Source: a virus
Lineage: Duplodnaviria > Caudoviricetes
IMG/VR virus record: IMGVR_UViG_3300020379_000218
Location: 1-64,000 of that record
Reading direction: 5' to 3' (one strand)
Length of the DNA stretch: 64,000 nt
In this document: positions 19,775 through 28,695 of the stretch, piece after piece
Layout: each line of letters opens with the position of its first letter
Numbering within the stretch: the stretch's first letter is position 1
Translations under genes and position numbers: made by a program
Notes under the pieces: generated by a model
The model's input: only the letters and a program-made list of their open reading frames with translations
What the model was told of the DNA's origin: nothing
The model's database searches: none

Positions 19775-20541
19775 CTTTAAATAACCCGATAACGAGTCAA
19801 AACATAGTAGATAGATTTGAGGAACTGGTAACTGATATAGCAGACCACCATATTGTATGGGGTACTGATAATTTACCTGGTCACTCGGCATTTTCTGCTT
19901 CTGATTTTGGTGGAGTTGTTGATGGATTTAATCTTAACTTGATAAATGTATCAGGTTCTTATACTCAAAACGAAACCGTAACCGGTTCTATTACAGGTAC
20001 AATAGGTACCGTAGTTAGTTGGTCTAACAATGTATTAAAAGTTAGAAACATAGTACCAGGTTCTGGTCAAACAGGATTTTTACAAAACGATATTATATCT
20101 GGAACTAATTCTGGTGCTGTAGGTTCTGTAAATACTTTTAACGAAGTAAATGCTGTATCTATCGGTATCACAGGTTCATCTATTGGTAATGCAGGTTCAT
20201 TAATTACTGCAAACCAAATTTATACTACACTTAAAAATGAAATGAACACTTATACTAATATTAAAAACACAAACGCTGTAGTTAATATGACAGGTGCAGG
20301 ACAACAATATTCAGATACACAAATTGCACACTTACCAACATCACAAAGAACAACTTTAAATCCAAGTCAACCTAGTAGTTTACAAGCAGGTCAAACTATT
20401 GATGATAACAACTTGGAAGGTTTCTTTTCAACACTTGCAAACTCTTATAATACTGAAAGAGGAAACACTTATACATTGACAAAAACTATTTGCCACAGCA
20501 GTTGCCACGGTAGTTGCCACGGAAGTAGAGGAAGAAGATAA
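19768..20541 (+). CDS. Virion-structural-like protein with C-terminal Cys/His/Ser repeat; putative rSAM substrate
   Basis: Central GSYTQNETVTGSITGTIGTVVSW module like those in gp7/gp8; ends TICHSSCHGSCHGSRGRR; GAGG RBS. Confidence 0.75.
   Translation: MVTLNNPITSQNIVDRFEELVTDIADHHIVWGTDNLPGHSAFSASDFGGVVDGFNLNLINVSGSYTQNETVTGSITGTIGTVVSWSNNVLKVRNIVPGSGQTGFLQNDIISGTNSGAVGSVNTFNEVNAVSIGITGSSIGNAGSLITANQIYTTLKNEMNTYTNIKNTNAVVNMTGAGQQYSDTQIAHLPTSQRTTLNPSQPSSLQAGQTIDDNNLEGFFSTLANSYNTERGNTYTLTKTICHSSCHGSCHGSRGRR
20491..20526 (+). repeat. 3 x 12-nt tandem repeat encoding (C-H-x-S)3
   Basis: tgccacagcagt tgccacggtagt tgccacggaagt. Confidence 0.95.
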
Positions 20542-21233
20542 TGATTGAATCTATAGTACCAATTGAATTAAAAGACTTAAAAAAATACTTTGAAGACAAA
20601 ACAGAAACTTATCTATTAGACTATGAAAACAGCACATTGAAAGGTGCTCAGTTTTTGACATATTTAAGTAATTTAGATATACCTTGTGATATTAAGAATA
20701 TGGACGAAGAACTAATAAGTGAGTATCTTAAATCTCAAATGTTAGTTAGTATACCTAAATTAGAGAAAGAAATAATTGCTGTATTATTTGAACACAAAGG
20801 GTTGACAAAGACAGATAAATATAAGAGTGTTATAGAAGAGAACAAAGAGATACTTGACAAATGGGCAGGTAAATTAGAAAGTCTACCATTATATAATATG
20901 TCAATTGTCGGTGAAGGTGCTTTCAATGATTTTGTTGAGAGTTATCCTAAAGACGAAACAGAAGATGTAAGAGGTATCAACTTTGTTTCATTATTGAAAC
21001 ACAAAGAATTTTATAGTTATTATCAAATGCCAAAAGAAAACATTGTTAAGAATTATACAAAGTACTTTAAAGAATATATGTTTAAAGGTAAATCTTTATT
21101 TGAATATTGGGCAAACGCAAGTAACCCATTATTCTTAATGACTTGGGCAGTTGCTGAAGGCAAGTTTGATAGTAAAGAATATAACAAAAGGAAAATGGAA
21201 GGTGTACAAAATCTTCCACTAGAGAGTAAATAA
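20541..21233 (+). CDS. Hypothetical protein in rSAM cluster
   Basis: 230-aa ORF, TAATG-coupled to the CHxS gene; no recognisable motif. Confidence 0.8.
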   Translation: MIESIVPIELKDLKKYFEDKTETYLLDYENSTLKGAQFLTYLSNLDIPCDIKNMDEELISEYLKSQMLVSIPKLEKEIIAVLFEHKGLTKTDKYKSVIEENKEILDKWAGKLESLPLYNMSIVGEGAFNDFVESYPKDETEDVRGINFVSLLKHKEFYSYYQMPKENIVKNYTKYFKEYMFKGKSLFEYWANASNPLFLMTWAVAEGKFDSKEYNKRKMEGVQNLPLESK

Positions 21234-21234
21234 T

Positions 21235-22350
21235 ATGCTACACTTATTTAATAAAGTTTATTTAGCGTTTGACGATTCAATAGATTGTCATACTAACAGA
21301 TATGTAATATCAGAAGAAGTTGGTAATGAAATGCACCAAGAACTTCAAAGTACATATAGAGGTAGTTTACTTAATTACGCAAAAAATAAAAACGAAATGC
21401 AAGGTAAGTTTGGTGACTTAACTGGTTTCTTTGAAGATGTAAATACTAAACAGAAATCATTAGGAACTAAAGTTATCATTTACTGCGATAGTCAAGCATA
21501 CCTAGAAATATCTGTAACCTGGTTAAAAACTATGTTGCCGTATGCTGAAAGTGCTGAAATACAAAAGTTTTTAGATATTCATTTACACCACGAAAAAATT
21601 ATTGCAAATACACAACTACAACCTACTCATACTTTAGCACTAACTAAATTAAATTCAGGATTAGGAAATGTAAGTGGTTATTTCAATGTTTTACCAACAC
21701 TTGATATAGATAGAATAAAAGCTCTTAATTTAAATTTCTCAATTGAATTATTGTTAGGCGAATACTTTGCTGGTGCTGATACTCACCAAGCAAATTTATT
21801 GTCTACTTGGCATATGTTCTTAAAAAGATTTTATAAAGAAGTGTTGACAGATAGTAGAGAAGGTGCTGCTCTTAATCTTTTAAATAGTAATCAACAAACT
21901 GCGTTAGGTTATACTAGTGATGATGTTGATTTGAATGCTGATAATCCATTTACAGGAATTACACCATTAGCACCATTTGCTGACGAAGATGTATTCACAC
22001 AAAAACCTACTGCAACGGTCGGTGCTGTGAATATTGCAAACATAGATGGTCTTTCTACAGAAAAACAAACTGCATTGAAAACTTTAGTTAAAGACTTATA
22101 TGATTTCCAGAACTCTCCGGATCCTGATTACTTTATGAACCATTTAGATAAAGCTTGTGATTCAAGTTTATCTGCTGAAGATTTTGATACAATTATTACT
22201 GAAACGGTGAATAGTCCATCTAGTCTATCTTATATCCCTAGATTTGATATTGGAAATATAAACTATACTTTCTTACAATATCTTTTCTCATTGAAAAAAT
22301 CTAACGATACAGACACATTAGGAAAATACAGACTATTCGCAAACTCATAG
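21235..22350 (+). CDS. Hypothetical protein in rSAM cluster
   Basis: 371-aa ORF; KVIIYCD weakly recalls a degenerate protein-phosphatase P-loop. Confidence 0.8.
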   Translation: MLHLFNKVYLAFDDSIDCHTNRYVISEEVGNEMHQELQSTYRGSLLNYAKNKNEMQGKFGDLTGFFEDVNTKQKSLGTKVIIYCDSQAYLEISVTWLKTMLPYAESAEIQKFLDIHLHHEKIIANTQLQPTHTLALTKLNSGLGNVSGYFNVLPTLDIDRIKALNLNFSIELLLGEYFAGADTHQANLLSTWHMFLKRFYKEVLTDSREGAALNLLNSNQQTALGYTSDDVDLNADNPFTGITPLAPFADEDVFTQKPTATVGAVNIANIDGLSTEKQTALKTLVKDLYDFQNSPDPDYFMNHLDKACDSSLSAEDFDTIITETVNSPSSLSYIPRFDIGNINYTFLQYLFSLKKSNDTDTLGKYRLFANS

Positions 22351-22358
22351 GAGTTTAA

Positions 22359-23411
22359 ATGCGAGAGTTTTTAATAGACCCGAAAAGAGACCCAGAGCAA
22401 GAGTACACAATTCACTTATTTGAATTTTGTAATCTGCGTTGTGCTTTCTGTTGGCAAAACCACGAAGATACAATCGGTATTGATAATGTGGTTGATAAAC
22501 TTCCATCTATAGAAAAATTTGTTTCAAAAGAAATGTATATGAAAGTCACCTTTAATATTATGGGTGGCGAAGTCTTTGCACCTGCAATCTATAACAGAAA
22601 TTTAAACGAAGGTTATAAACTTCTATCAAAAGGCATACAAAAGATATGTCAAAGGTACGATAAAGAATTTTCAATCAATTGGGTATCTAACTTGGTTACA
22701 TCACCTGATGGTAATGAACTCATTATGGACTTACTTAAATGGTCCAGAGAAGAAGATATACCTTGTAGACTTACAACAAGTTATGACCCACGAGGTAGAT
22801 TTAATAAAAAAGACTTTGAGATATTTAAATCTAATGTAGAATATTGGGGTGATGAAGTTACCTGTTTCTCTTGTCTACTTACAAAACCTAATATAAACTT
22901 TTATTTAAATGAAGGCGATGAATACTTTGATTATTTGTATAATCAAGGTAAGTACATATATTTTGATTATTATATGCCAGATGAACACGCAAAATATAAT
23001 ATGCCTAGTGATGAACTATTATTAAAGTTTTTTAAACATTGTGTTGACAAATATCCAAATGTTCATCCTGTAAGAGACTGGATATTTAATAAAAAGAATT
23101 ATGCAAGTTGTAGAGTATCTAAACTTGTTTTAGCAGATGGTACATTATGTCAATGTGGTAACCTTGTACAAGATGAGAAATCATTAAGTCAATATAAGTC
23201 GCCCATTAAAAGAAAAGACAATAGTATTATAGAAAACTCTTTCCTAGAGAAATATAATTGTAGTAGTTGTGAATTTTTAGATAGATGTACACTTGGCTGT
23301 TTTATGAACCACGATTATAGATATAAGGAGGAGTTGGATGAATGTGTTTACAAACTTACGCACAGATATATTGAAGATGTACGACTACAGCGAAACTATA
23401 TCGCAAACTAA
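22359..23411 (+). CDS. Radical SAM/SPASM enzyme 2
   Basis: CNLRCAFC, MGGEVF, C-terminal C...DGTLCQC...CSSCEFLDRCTLGC...C; GGAG RBS. Confidence 0.92.
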   Translation: MREFLIDPKRDPEQEYTIHLFEFCNLRCAFCWQNHEDTIGIDNVVDKLPSIEKFVSKEMYMKVTFNIMGGEVFAPAIYNRNLNEGYKLLSKGIQKICQRYDKEFSINWVSNLVTSPDGNELIMDLLKWSREEDIPCRLTTSYDPRGRFNKKDFEIFKSNVEYWGDEVTCFSCLLTKPNINFYLNEGDEYFDYLYNQGKYIYFDYYMPDEHAKYNMPSDELLLKFFKHCVDKYPNVHPVRDWIFNKKNYASCRVSKLVLADGTLCQCGNLVQDEKSLSQYKSPIKRKDNSIIENSFLEKYNCSSCEFLDRCTLGCFMNHDYRYKEELDECVYKLTHRYIEDVRLQRNYIAN

Positions 23412-23967
23412 TTATTTCAATTTTCCTAAACATATAGAAGTACAACTAGATAACTTTCCTGTAGAGAAACCATATCTACCTAGAATAGATGGTAGACAAG
23501 CACATATGTTTTTATGGTTAGGCAAGAAAGAAGAAGATGGTGAACTATATGAGATTGCAAAGAAAACTAAAGGCGAAAGACAATGGGTTCAAAACAAGAC
23601 GCCAGGCACATTTATTAAGGGCGTAGGAATGTTTCATATCTATGACGAGTATGTTATAGTCGGTTCTTTGAAATATGCCGGTTATATGAAGAATAGACCT
23701 GCAAAAGAAAATAGACATTTAATAAGAACTATGTGGTGTGAGACTATAAACATATTTAAAGATAAAGATATATTGTGTCCTTCAGGTACTTACTTTGATT
23801 GGTTACATTTAACAATGAATCAAATGAGAGCACAAAAAGAACCATATCATAGAGAAATAATGTGGCAGTTTGGATTTGATAAAATTGTTGAAGGTAAATT
23901 AAAAGATTATTGGATTAGAAGAAAAGAAAATAAAACTGGACTTGACTGGATAGGAAGATGGACTTAA
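23338..23967 (+). CDS. Hypothetical protein in rSAM cluster (alternative start 23377)
   Basis: 209-aa ORF; AAGGAGGAG before ATG; overlaps both neighbours. Confidence 0.7.
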   Translation: MNVFTNLRTDILKMYDYSETISQTNYFNFPKHIEVQLDNFPVEKPYLPRIDGRQAHMFLWLGKKEEDGELYEIAKKTKGERQWVQNKTPGTFIKGVGMFHIYDEYVIVGSLKYAGYMKNRPAKENRHLIRTMWCETINIFKDKDILCPSGTYFDWLHLTMNQMRAQKEPYHREIMWQFGFDKIVEGKLKDYWIRRKENKTGLDWIGRWT

Positions 23968-25052
23968 TTATAAAACCTACTGAACTTTGTAATTTTAAGT
24001 GTACCTTTTGTTCAAGTACACAACTTACAAATGAGAAAAAGAACTGGTTGAAACACGACCAGATATTTCGTTTTTTAGAAAGATTTCCAGAAACTAAAAC
24101 TATAATAGTAAATGGTGGTGACCCATTGATGATGGCACCTGATTACTACTGGAAGATTATTGAATGGTTAGATAATAAAGGTTATGATACTTCACTTGCA
24201 TTAACAACTAACTTGTGGCCTTTCTATAAGAAACCTAAACTATGGGTTGACTTATTTAATAATGATAGAGTAGGTATTACAACTTCTTTTCAATATGGTG
24301 GTGGTAGATTAAAAGGAGACTATTCAGAATTTACAGAAGAAGACTTTTGGAAGTGTTCAGATACTATGTTAGAGTATTGTGGTTATAGACCAGATTTTAT
24401 ATCTGTTATCACAAGAGAAAATGAACACAACGCAATTAAGAATGTTGAACTTGCAAAAAGAATGTCAGAAGATAAAATGCCAGAAGGTACTTTACATAAC
24501 TTTTGGCGAGAAGAAAAGACAGGCGTAGAATGTAAGTTAAATTATGCAATGGCAAGTGGTGAACAAAAAGAGCCTTTTTTGTTATCAGATATATATGAGA
24601 AGTATGTAGAAATCTATAGGGCAGGTTTAGCACCTTGGGAGTTTAATACTAGACAGATGATGTTAGCAATCAACGATAGTGCTACAAGTTGTCCGTTAAG
24701 TAGAAAATGTGATGAAGGTATTAGATGTTTACAACCAGATGGCGATTACTATAGTTGTGGTGCTTTTGGTGATGATAAAGATAAGTCTATAGATTTTGAA
24801 GAAGAAATGAAAGGTAAGTTTTTTACACCTTTACAAGATAGTTTAGAGTTAACTACAATGAAAAAGAATTGTTATAGTTGCCCTATGTTTAATATATGTA
24901 ATGGTTGTAGAAAGACAATTAAAGATTATAAAGAAGCAGGAGTTGTAGAAAAACATTGTGAGAAAATGAAAAGAATAGGACACGATATTTTAATCGCAAA
25001 TAATAAACCTCACATATCAATGACACCTTATGAGAGAGAATATGCAAGTTAA
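23958..25052 (+). CDS. Radical SAM/SPASM enzyme 3
   Basis: IIKPTELCNFKCTFC, NGGDP, C-terminal CPLSRKC...DGDYYSC...CYSCPMFNICNGC...C. Confidence 0.92.
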   Translation: MDLIIKPTELCNFKCTFCSSTQLTNEKKNWLKHDQIFRFLERFPETKTIIVNGGDPLMMAPDYYWKIIEWLDNKGYDTSLALTTNLWPFYKKPKLWVDLFNNDRVGITTSFQYGGGRLKGDYSEFTEEDFWKCSDTMLEYCGYRPDFISVITRENEHNAIKNVELAKRMSEDKMPEGTLHNFWREEKTGVECKLNYAMASGEQKEPFLLSDIYEKYVEIYRAGLAPWEFNTRQMMLAINDSATSCPLSRKCDEGIRCLQPDGDYYSCGAFGDDKDKSIDFEEEMKGKFFTPLQDSLELTTMKKNCYSCPMFNICNGCRKTIKDYKEAGVVEKHCEKMKRIGHDILIANNKPHISMTPYEREYAS

Positions 25053-25494
25053 ACATAATGTATTAACAAACTTGGAACTTAATCATATGATAAGTGAACT
25101 AGGTAATCTAGGCAAAGATTATCCTATCTATGAAAAGAATGTACATAAGAAATTACCAGATGATTGGAAATGGGCAGATAGTATCTGTAAATTAAATGTA
25201 CCTAATGTAAAACATTGTATCGTTAGGTATGTTATCGCTGTAAATAGTAAAGATGAAGAAAAGAATATTATAGGGTTTCATACAGACAGCGATGTAAAAG
25301 GAGAAAAAACTATTATATTATATTTACAAGGTGATAGTAATAAAGGTGGTCAAATACAAGTTGAAGATAAGACTTATGACTTTAGACAAAACGCAATGTT
25401 TATTATGGACTCTCATTTAGTACATAGGGCAATGCCTTATTGGGGAGAAAAAACAAGACTTGCAATTAAATGGAGATGGACTTGTGAGGGGTGA
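25030..25494 (+). CDS. 2OG-Fe(II) oxygenase (start possibly 25042)
   Basis: FHTDSD...IILYL...GGQ...LVHRA...R: HxD...H...R. Confidence 0.8.
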   Translation: MRENMQVKHNVLTNLELNHMISELGNLGKDYPIYEKNVHKKLPDDWKWADSICKLNVPNVKHCIVRYVIAVNSKDEEKNIIGFHTDSDVKGEKTIILYLQGDSNKGGQIQVEDKTYDFRQNAMFIMDSHLVHRAMPYWGEKTRLAIKWRWTCEG

Positions 25495-26005
25495 ACACGA
25501 TTTATCAAACTTAATAATAAATGGAGTATGGCCACATAAAGACCTTGCACCTTTTAAATTCTTTGAAGGTGTACAGATACCTTTTGTAGAAACGAAAGGA
25601 GAGTATACGGTTGCTGTTCATACTGAAAAGGTTGCACACGCACTTACCACAACCCACAAATATTTGGGTGATAAATATATTAGTAAGTTGTCTAGTAGAT
25701 ATACATTACACGGACGACCTGAAATTGTCAATGGTGTAGATAAAGAAAGTACACTTTGGCACAATGACTTGAAAGAAGGAGCAAACATTGCTATATTAAT
25801 GTACTTTACAAATGCTTGTAATAAGAAACAAGGTGGTTCTTTATCAGTTAGAAATAAAGAAACAAAAGAATTATCTTGTTGGTTATATCCAGGTAAGAAC
25901 GATTTAATATTTTTAAATCATAGTAAAGTATGGGAACATAGAGTTGGTAAATTCAAACTAATTGATAGTGAAAGAATTGTAGGATGTTTTAATTATAATA
26001 TATGA
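25484..26005 (+). CDS. 2OG-Fe(II) oxygenase
   Basis: WHND...ILMYF...GGSL...WEHRV...RIV; GTG start with GGAG RBS. Confidence 0.8.
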   Translation: MRGEHDLSNLIINGVWPHKDLAPFKFFEGVQIPFVETKGEYTVAVHTEKVAHALTTTHKYLGDKYISKLSSRYTLHGRPEIVNGVDKESTLWHNDLKEGANIAILMYFTNACNKKQGGSLSVRNKETKELSCWLYPGKNDLIFLNHSKVWEHRVGKFKLIDSERIVGCFNYNI

Positions 26006-26577
26006 AAAATAAGATATTTCCAAACGGCAGAATACACGCCTCAAAAGAACAAGATTTAGATTACTCAAATGGATACCTTGCGTTATCAGTAAGTCCATTT
26101 GACAATAACTTTGACAATGAAGTTGAGAAAGGTGTATTACCTCATTGCCACGCACTTATTAGAAAAGGTTATCTTCCAATATCAAGTTGCGAAGGACACT
26201 TTACTAAAAAACACCATATGCCATTTTATGTAATGTTAGCAGTTGGTGGTAAAAACAAATTAGATAGAATATACGATATAATAAACAAGACAAAACATAT
26301 ACCTGGTATATCATATAAAATTAAAGAACAACAAGCAAATGTAAGAGGTGAACTATTAGAAAGAGTAAACTATAGTTTAGATAAAGCAGAAGAGTATGCT
26401 GAACTAAACAGATTGTTTATGAGAAATCATTTAGAGTATAATTATCTCTGGATAGGTTTATTTCAAAGTGATAAGAAATTATCAGAAAGAATTTTAAGAA
26501 GACTTATGTTTAGTAGATGTAAGAAAATGTTATTGAATAGTATTGAGGTGTTGAACTATGACGAAGCCGAAGATTAA
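26002..26577 (+). CDS. Hypothetical protein with SSCEGH motif
   Basis: ALIRKGYLPISSCEGH; ATGA coupling. Confidence 0.75.
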   Translation: MKNKIFPNGRIHASKEQDLDYSNGYLALSVSPFDNNFDNEVEKGVLPHCHALIRKGYLPISSCEGHFTKKHHMPFYVMLAVGGKNKLDRIYDIINKTKHIPGISYKIKEQQANVRGELLERVNYSLDKAEEYAELNRLFMRNHLEYNYLWIGLFQSDKKLSERILRRLMFSRCKKMLLNSIEVLNYDEAED

Positions 26578-27505
26578 TCTGTCAATCAATCCATCTTATT
26601 TTTGTAATTTTAGATGTCCTTGGTGTTATCTAAAACCTGAACAATTAGGTGACCAAAAATGTATTGACCATTTTAAATTAAGTGAACTATTAAATGAAGT
26701 ACAAACTCATAGAGATATAGAACACATTGATTTATATGGTGGTGAGATAGGCGTATTAAAAGAAGGTGCATTAGAAAAAATCACAAATGCAATTAAGATA
26801 TACTATAAAGAAAAGATTAACATAAACACTAACTTATCTATGATGAGAGAAGAGTTTATGAATCCTGATTATTTTATTAGTGTTAGTTATGATATGGAGA
26901 GTAGAGAAGAAAACGAAAAAGTATGGAACAATATGATGAAACTGCCTGTTCCTTTTTCTGTTTTGATACTTGCAAATGAAAAAGTATTAAAAACATCAAC
27001 TCAACATATATGGTCTAAAATGATACACTTGACTAAAGACAATCAAAACTTTCAAGGATTTGAAATTAAACCTTATAGTACTAATCAGGCAAACCAACAT
27101 CCTATCACTCACGCACATTTTGAAGACTTTATATTAAGAATGGTAGAGACTAAACCTAACCAATGTCCTGTACATTTTATTAATGAAGACAATATTAAAG
27201 ACTCTCTTAATAGTAGTTATAACGCATACAGCGATGACCATTTATATATTACACCTAATGGTAAGTTTGCTGTATTAGATTTTGATAAAGACGATAATGA
27301 ATATTTTTTAGAACTTGATAGTTTTGCTGATTACGAAGTATGGTGTCAGAAAGAAAAAGAACAAAACATTTCCGATATATGTCGTAAGTGTGAATATCTA
27401 GGTAGATGTCTAACTGAACATTACAGATATGTTAAAAGTCTAAAAGATGGTTGCAATGGGTATAGGTATCTGTTGGATACTTATTCGTTTAAATATGGCA
27501 AATAG
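26558..27505 (+). CDS. Radical SAM enzyme 4 with reduced SPASM-like domain
   Basis: CNFRCPWC, YGGEIG, C-terminal CRKCEYLGRCLTEH...GC; GAGG RBS. Confidence 0.9.
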   Translation: MTKPKINLSINPSYFCNFRCPWCYLKPEQLGDQKCIDHFKLSELLNEVQTHRDIEHIDLYGGEIGVLKEGALEKITNAIKIYYKEKININTNLSMMREEFMNPDYFISVSYDMESREENEKVWNNMMKLPVPFSVLILANEKVLKTSTQHIWSKMIHLTKDNQNFQGFEIKPYSTNQANQHPITHAHFEDFILRMVETKPNQCPVHFINEDNIKDSLNSSYNAYSDDHLYITPNGKFAVLDFDKDDNEYFLELDSFADYEVWCQKEKEQNISDICRKCEYLGRCLTEHYRYVKSLKDGCNGYRYLLDTYSFKYGK

Positions 27506-28283
27506 AGCATTTTGTATCGGTAACGGAACAAGTAGAAAAGGTTTTAAATTTTCTACTATCAAAGGACGAGGTGTTATATTAGGTTGTAATAATCTCTATA
27601 AAGATTTTGCACCTGATATTCTAGTCGCAATGAAACATCCTGTTATGCACAAAATTTATCAATCAGGTTATGGTTATACTGCTAGATGTTATTTTAGAGA
27701 TTGGGCACCTAACACACACGAAAGATATGAGACTATGTTAAATAGTTTCTTTCCTGGGTATAGACATTTACGAGCAATCAGACAATCAGGTCTACTTAAA
27801 GAAAATCAACGAGTAGGTTCTGATAGATTTTGTTTACACGGATATGATGATGAAGGACAAAGAAAAGTTAATGTAAGTTGGTTGACAGATGACCTAGTAA
27901 AAAATTTTACAGACATACAGAAAACACCTGAACAAACAGAATGGGCAACAGGTCCTGCAAGTGGTTATGTTGCTTGTAAAGAGATAGCAGAATTAAAAGA
28001 AGTGTATCTAATTGGACACGACATATATAGTATGTCAAATAAATTTAATAACATATATGCCGGACAAGAATTTTATAAACAAGATACACACCCTAGTCAA
28101 TACTATTTACAAAACTGGATATTTCAATGGCGTCAACTCTTCAAGTGGTACCATTGGGTTAAGTTTTATAAAGTAAATAGAAAGGCTATGTTAAATGTCA
28201 ATATTCCGGAGTGGAATGAATGTAGAAATTTGGAGTATATAAGTTATGAAAGAATGGAAGCTCAAACAAGAAGTATATCATAG
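27495..28283 (+). CDS. Nucleotide-sugar-transferase-like protein (Maf/DUF115/GT29-type fold)
   Basis: AFCIGNGTSR...GCNNLYKDFAPDILVA...WATG...VYLIGHD. Confidence 0.6.
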   Translation: MANRAFCIGNGTSRKGFKFSTIKGRGVILGCNNLYKDFAPDILVAMKHPVMHKIYQSGYGYTARCYFRDWAPNTHERYETMLNSFFPGYRHLRAIRQSGLLKENQRVGSDRFCLHGYDDEGQRKVNVSWLTDDLVKNFTDIQKTPEQTEWATGPASGYVACKEIAELKEVYLIGHDIYSMSNKFNNIYAGQEFYKQDTHPSQYYLQNWIFQWRQLFKWYHWVKFYKVNRKAMLNVNIPEWNECRNLEYISYERMEAQTRSIS

Positions 28284-28656
28284 ATTAAATCCTACTCATA
28301 AAGATACATTGAACGATAAGGAGATATATCTTATATGGGAAGATAATGATATAATTCTAAATGCAAAAAGACATTGGGTAGAACAGGTAGATAGATTTAT
28401 CTATCCTGCAAAGAGTTATTGCGTAGCGATATGTTATGCAAAGTGGATAGAGAGAGATTATGGAGATAACTTTTACGACTTGTTAAACGATAAAGACTTG
28501 TTGTATGGTAATGACCCTTACTTTGAAATATACAATGGGAAGAAACACATTTATGACCCAATCATAGAAGCGTTTCCTAAAGATGAACAATTGGGAATGA
28601 TACCAGATATTAGAGACTATTATGAAAAAGAAATACGATATGACGGTGGAATCTAA
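28246..28656 (+). CDS. Hypothetical protein ending the rSAM cluster
   Basis: 136-aa ORF overlapping previous gene; YPAKSYCVAICYA. Confidence 0.75.
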   Translation: MKEWKLKQEVYHRLNPTHKDTLNDKEIYLIWEDNDIILNAKRHWVEQVDRFIYPAKSYCVAICYAKWIERDYGDNFYDLLNDKDLLYGNDPYFEIYNGKKHIYDPIIEAFPKDEQLGMIPDIRDYYEKEIRYDGGI

Positions 28657-28668
28657 TATAAGAACTGG

Positions 28669-28676
28669 TATAAATA
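28669..28676 (+). promoter_or_regulatory. T4-type late promoter
   Basis: TATAAATA followed by AAGGAG RBS. Confidence 0.8.
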
Positions 28677-28695
28677 ATAGTACAAGGAGATAATT

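Noticed and set aside
18743-27505. rSAM genes as QueE (7-deazaguanine synthesis), NrdG, or MoaA/PqqE cofactor enzymes
   Set aside because: They are 315-364 aa with SPASM-type C-termini, and no queC/queD/folE, nrdD, moa or pqq partners are adjacent. A role in DNA modification is not strictly excluded but is less supported than peptide modification.
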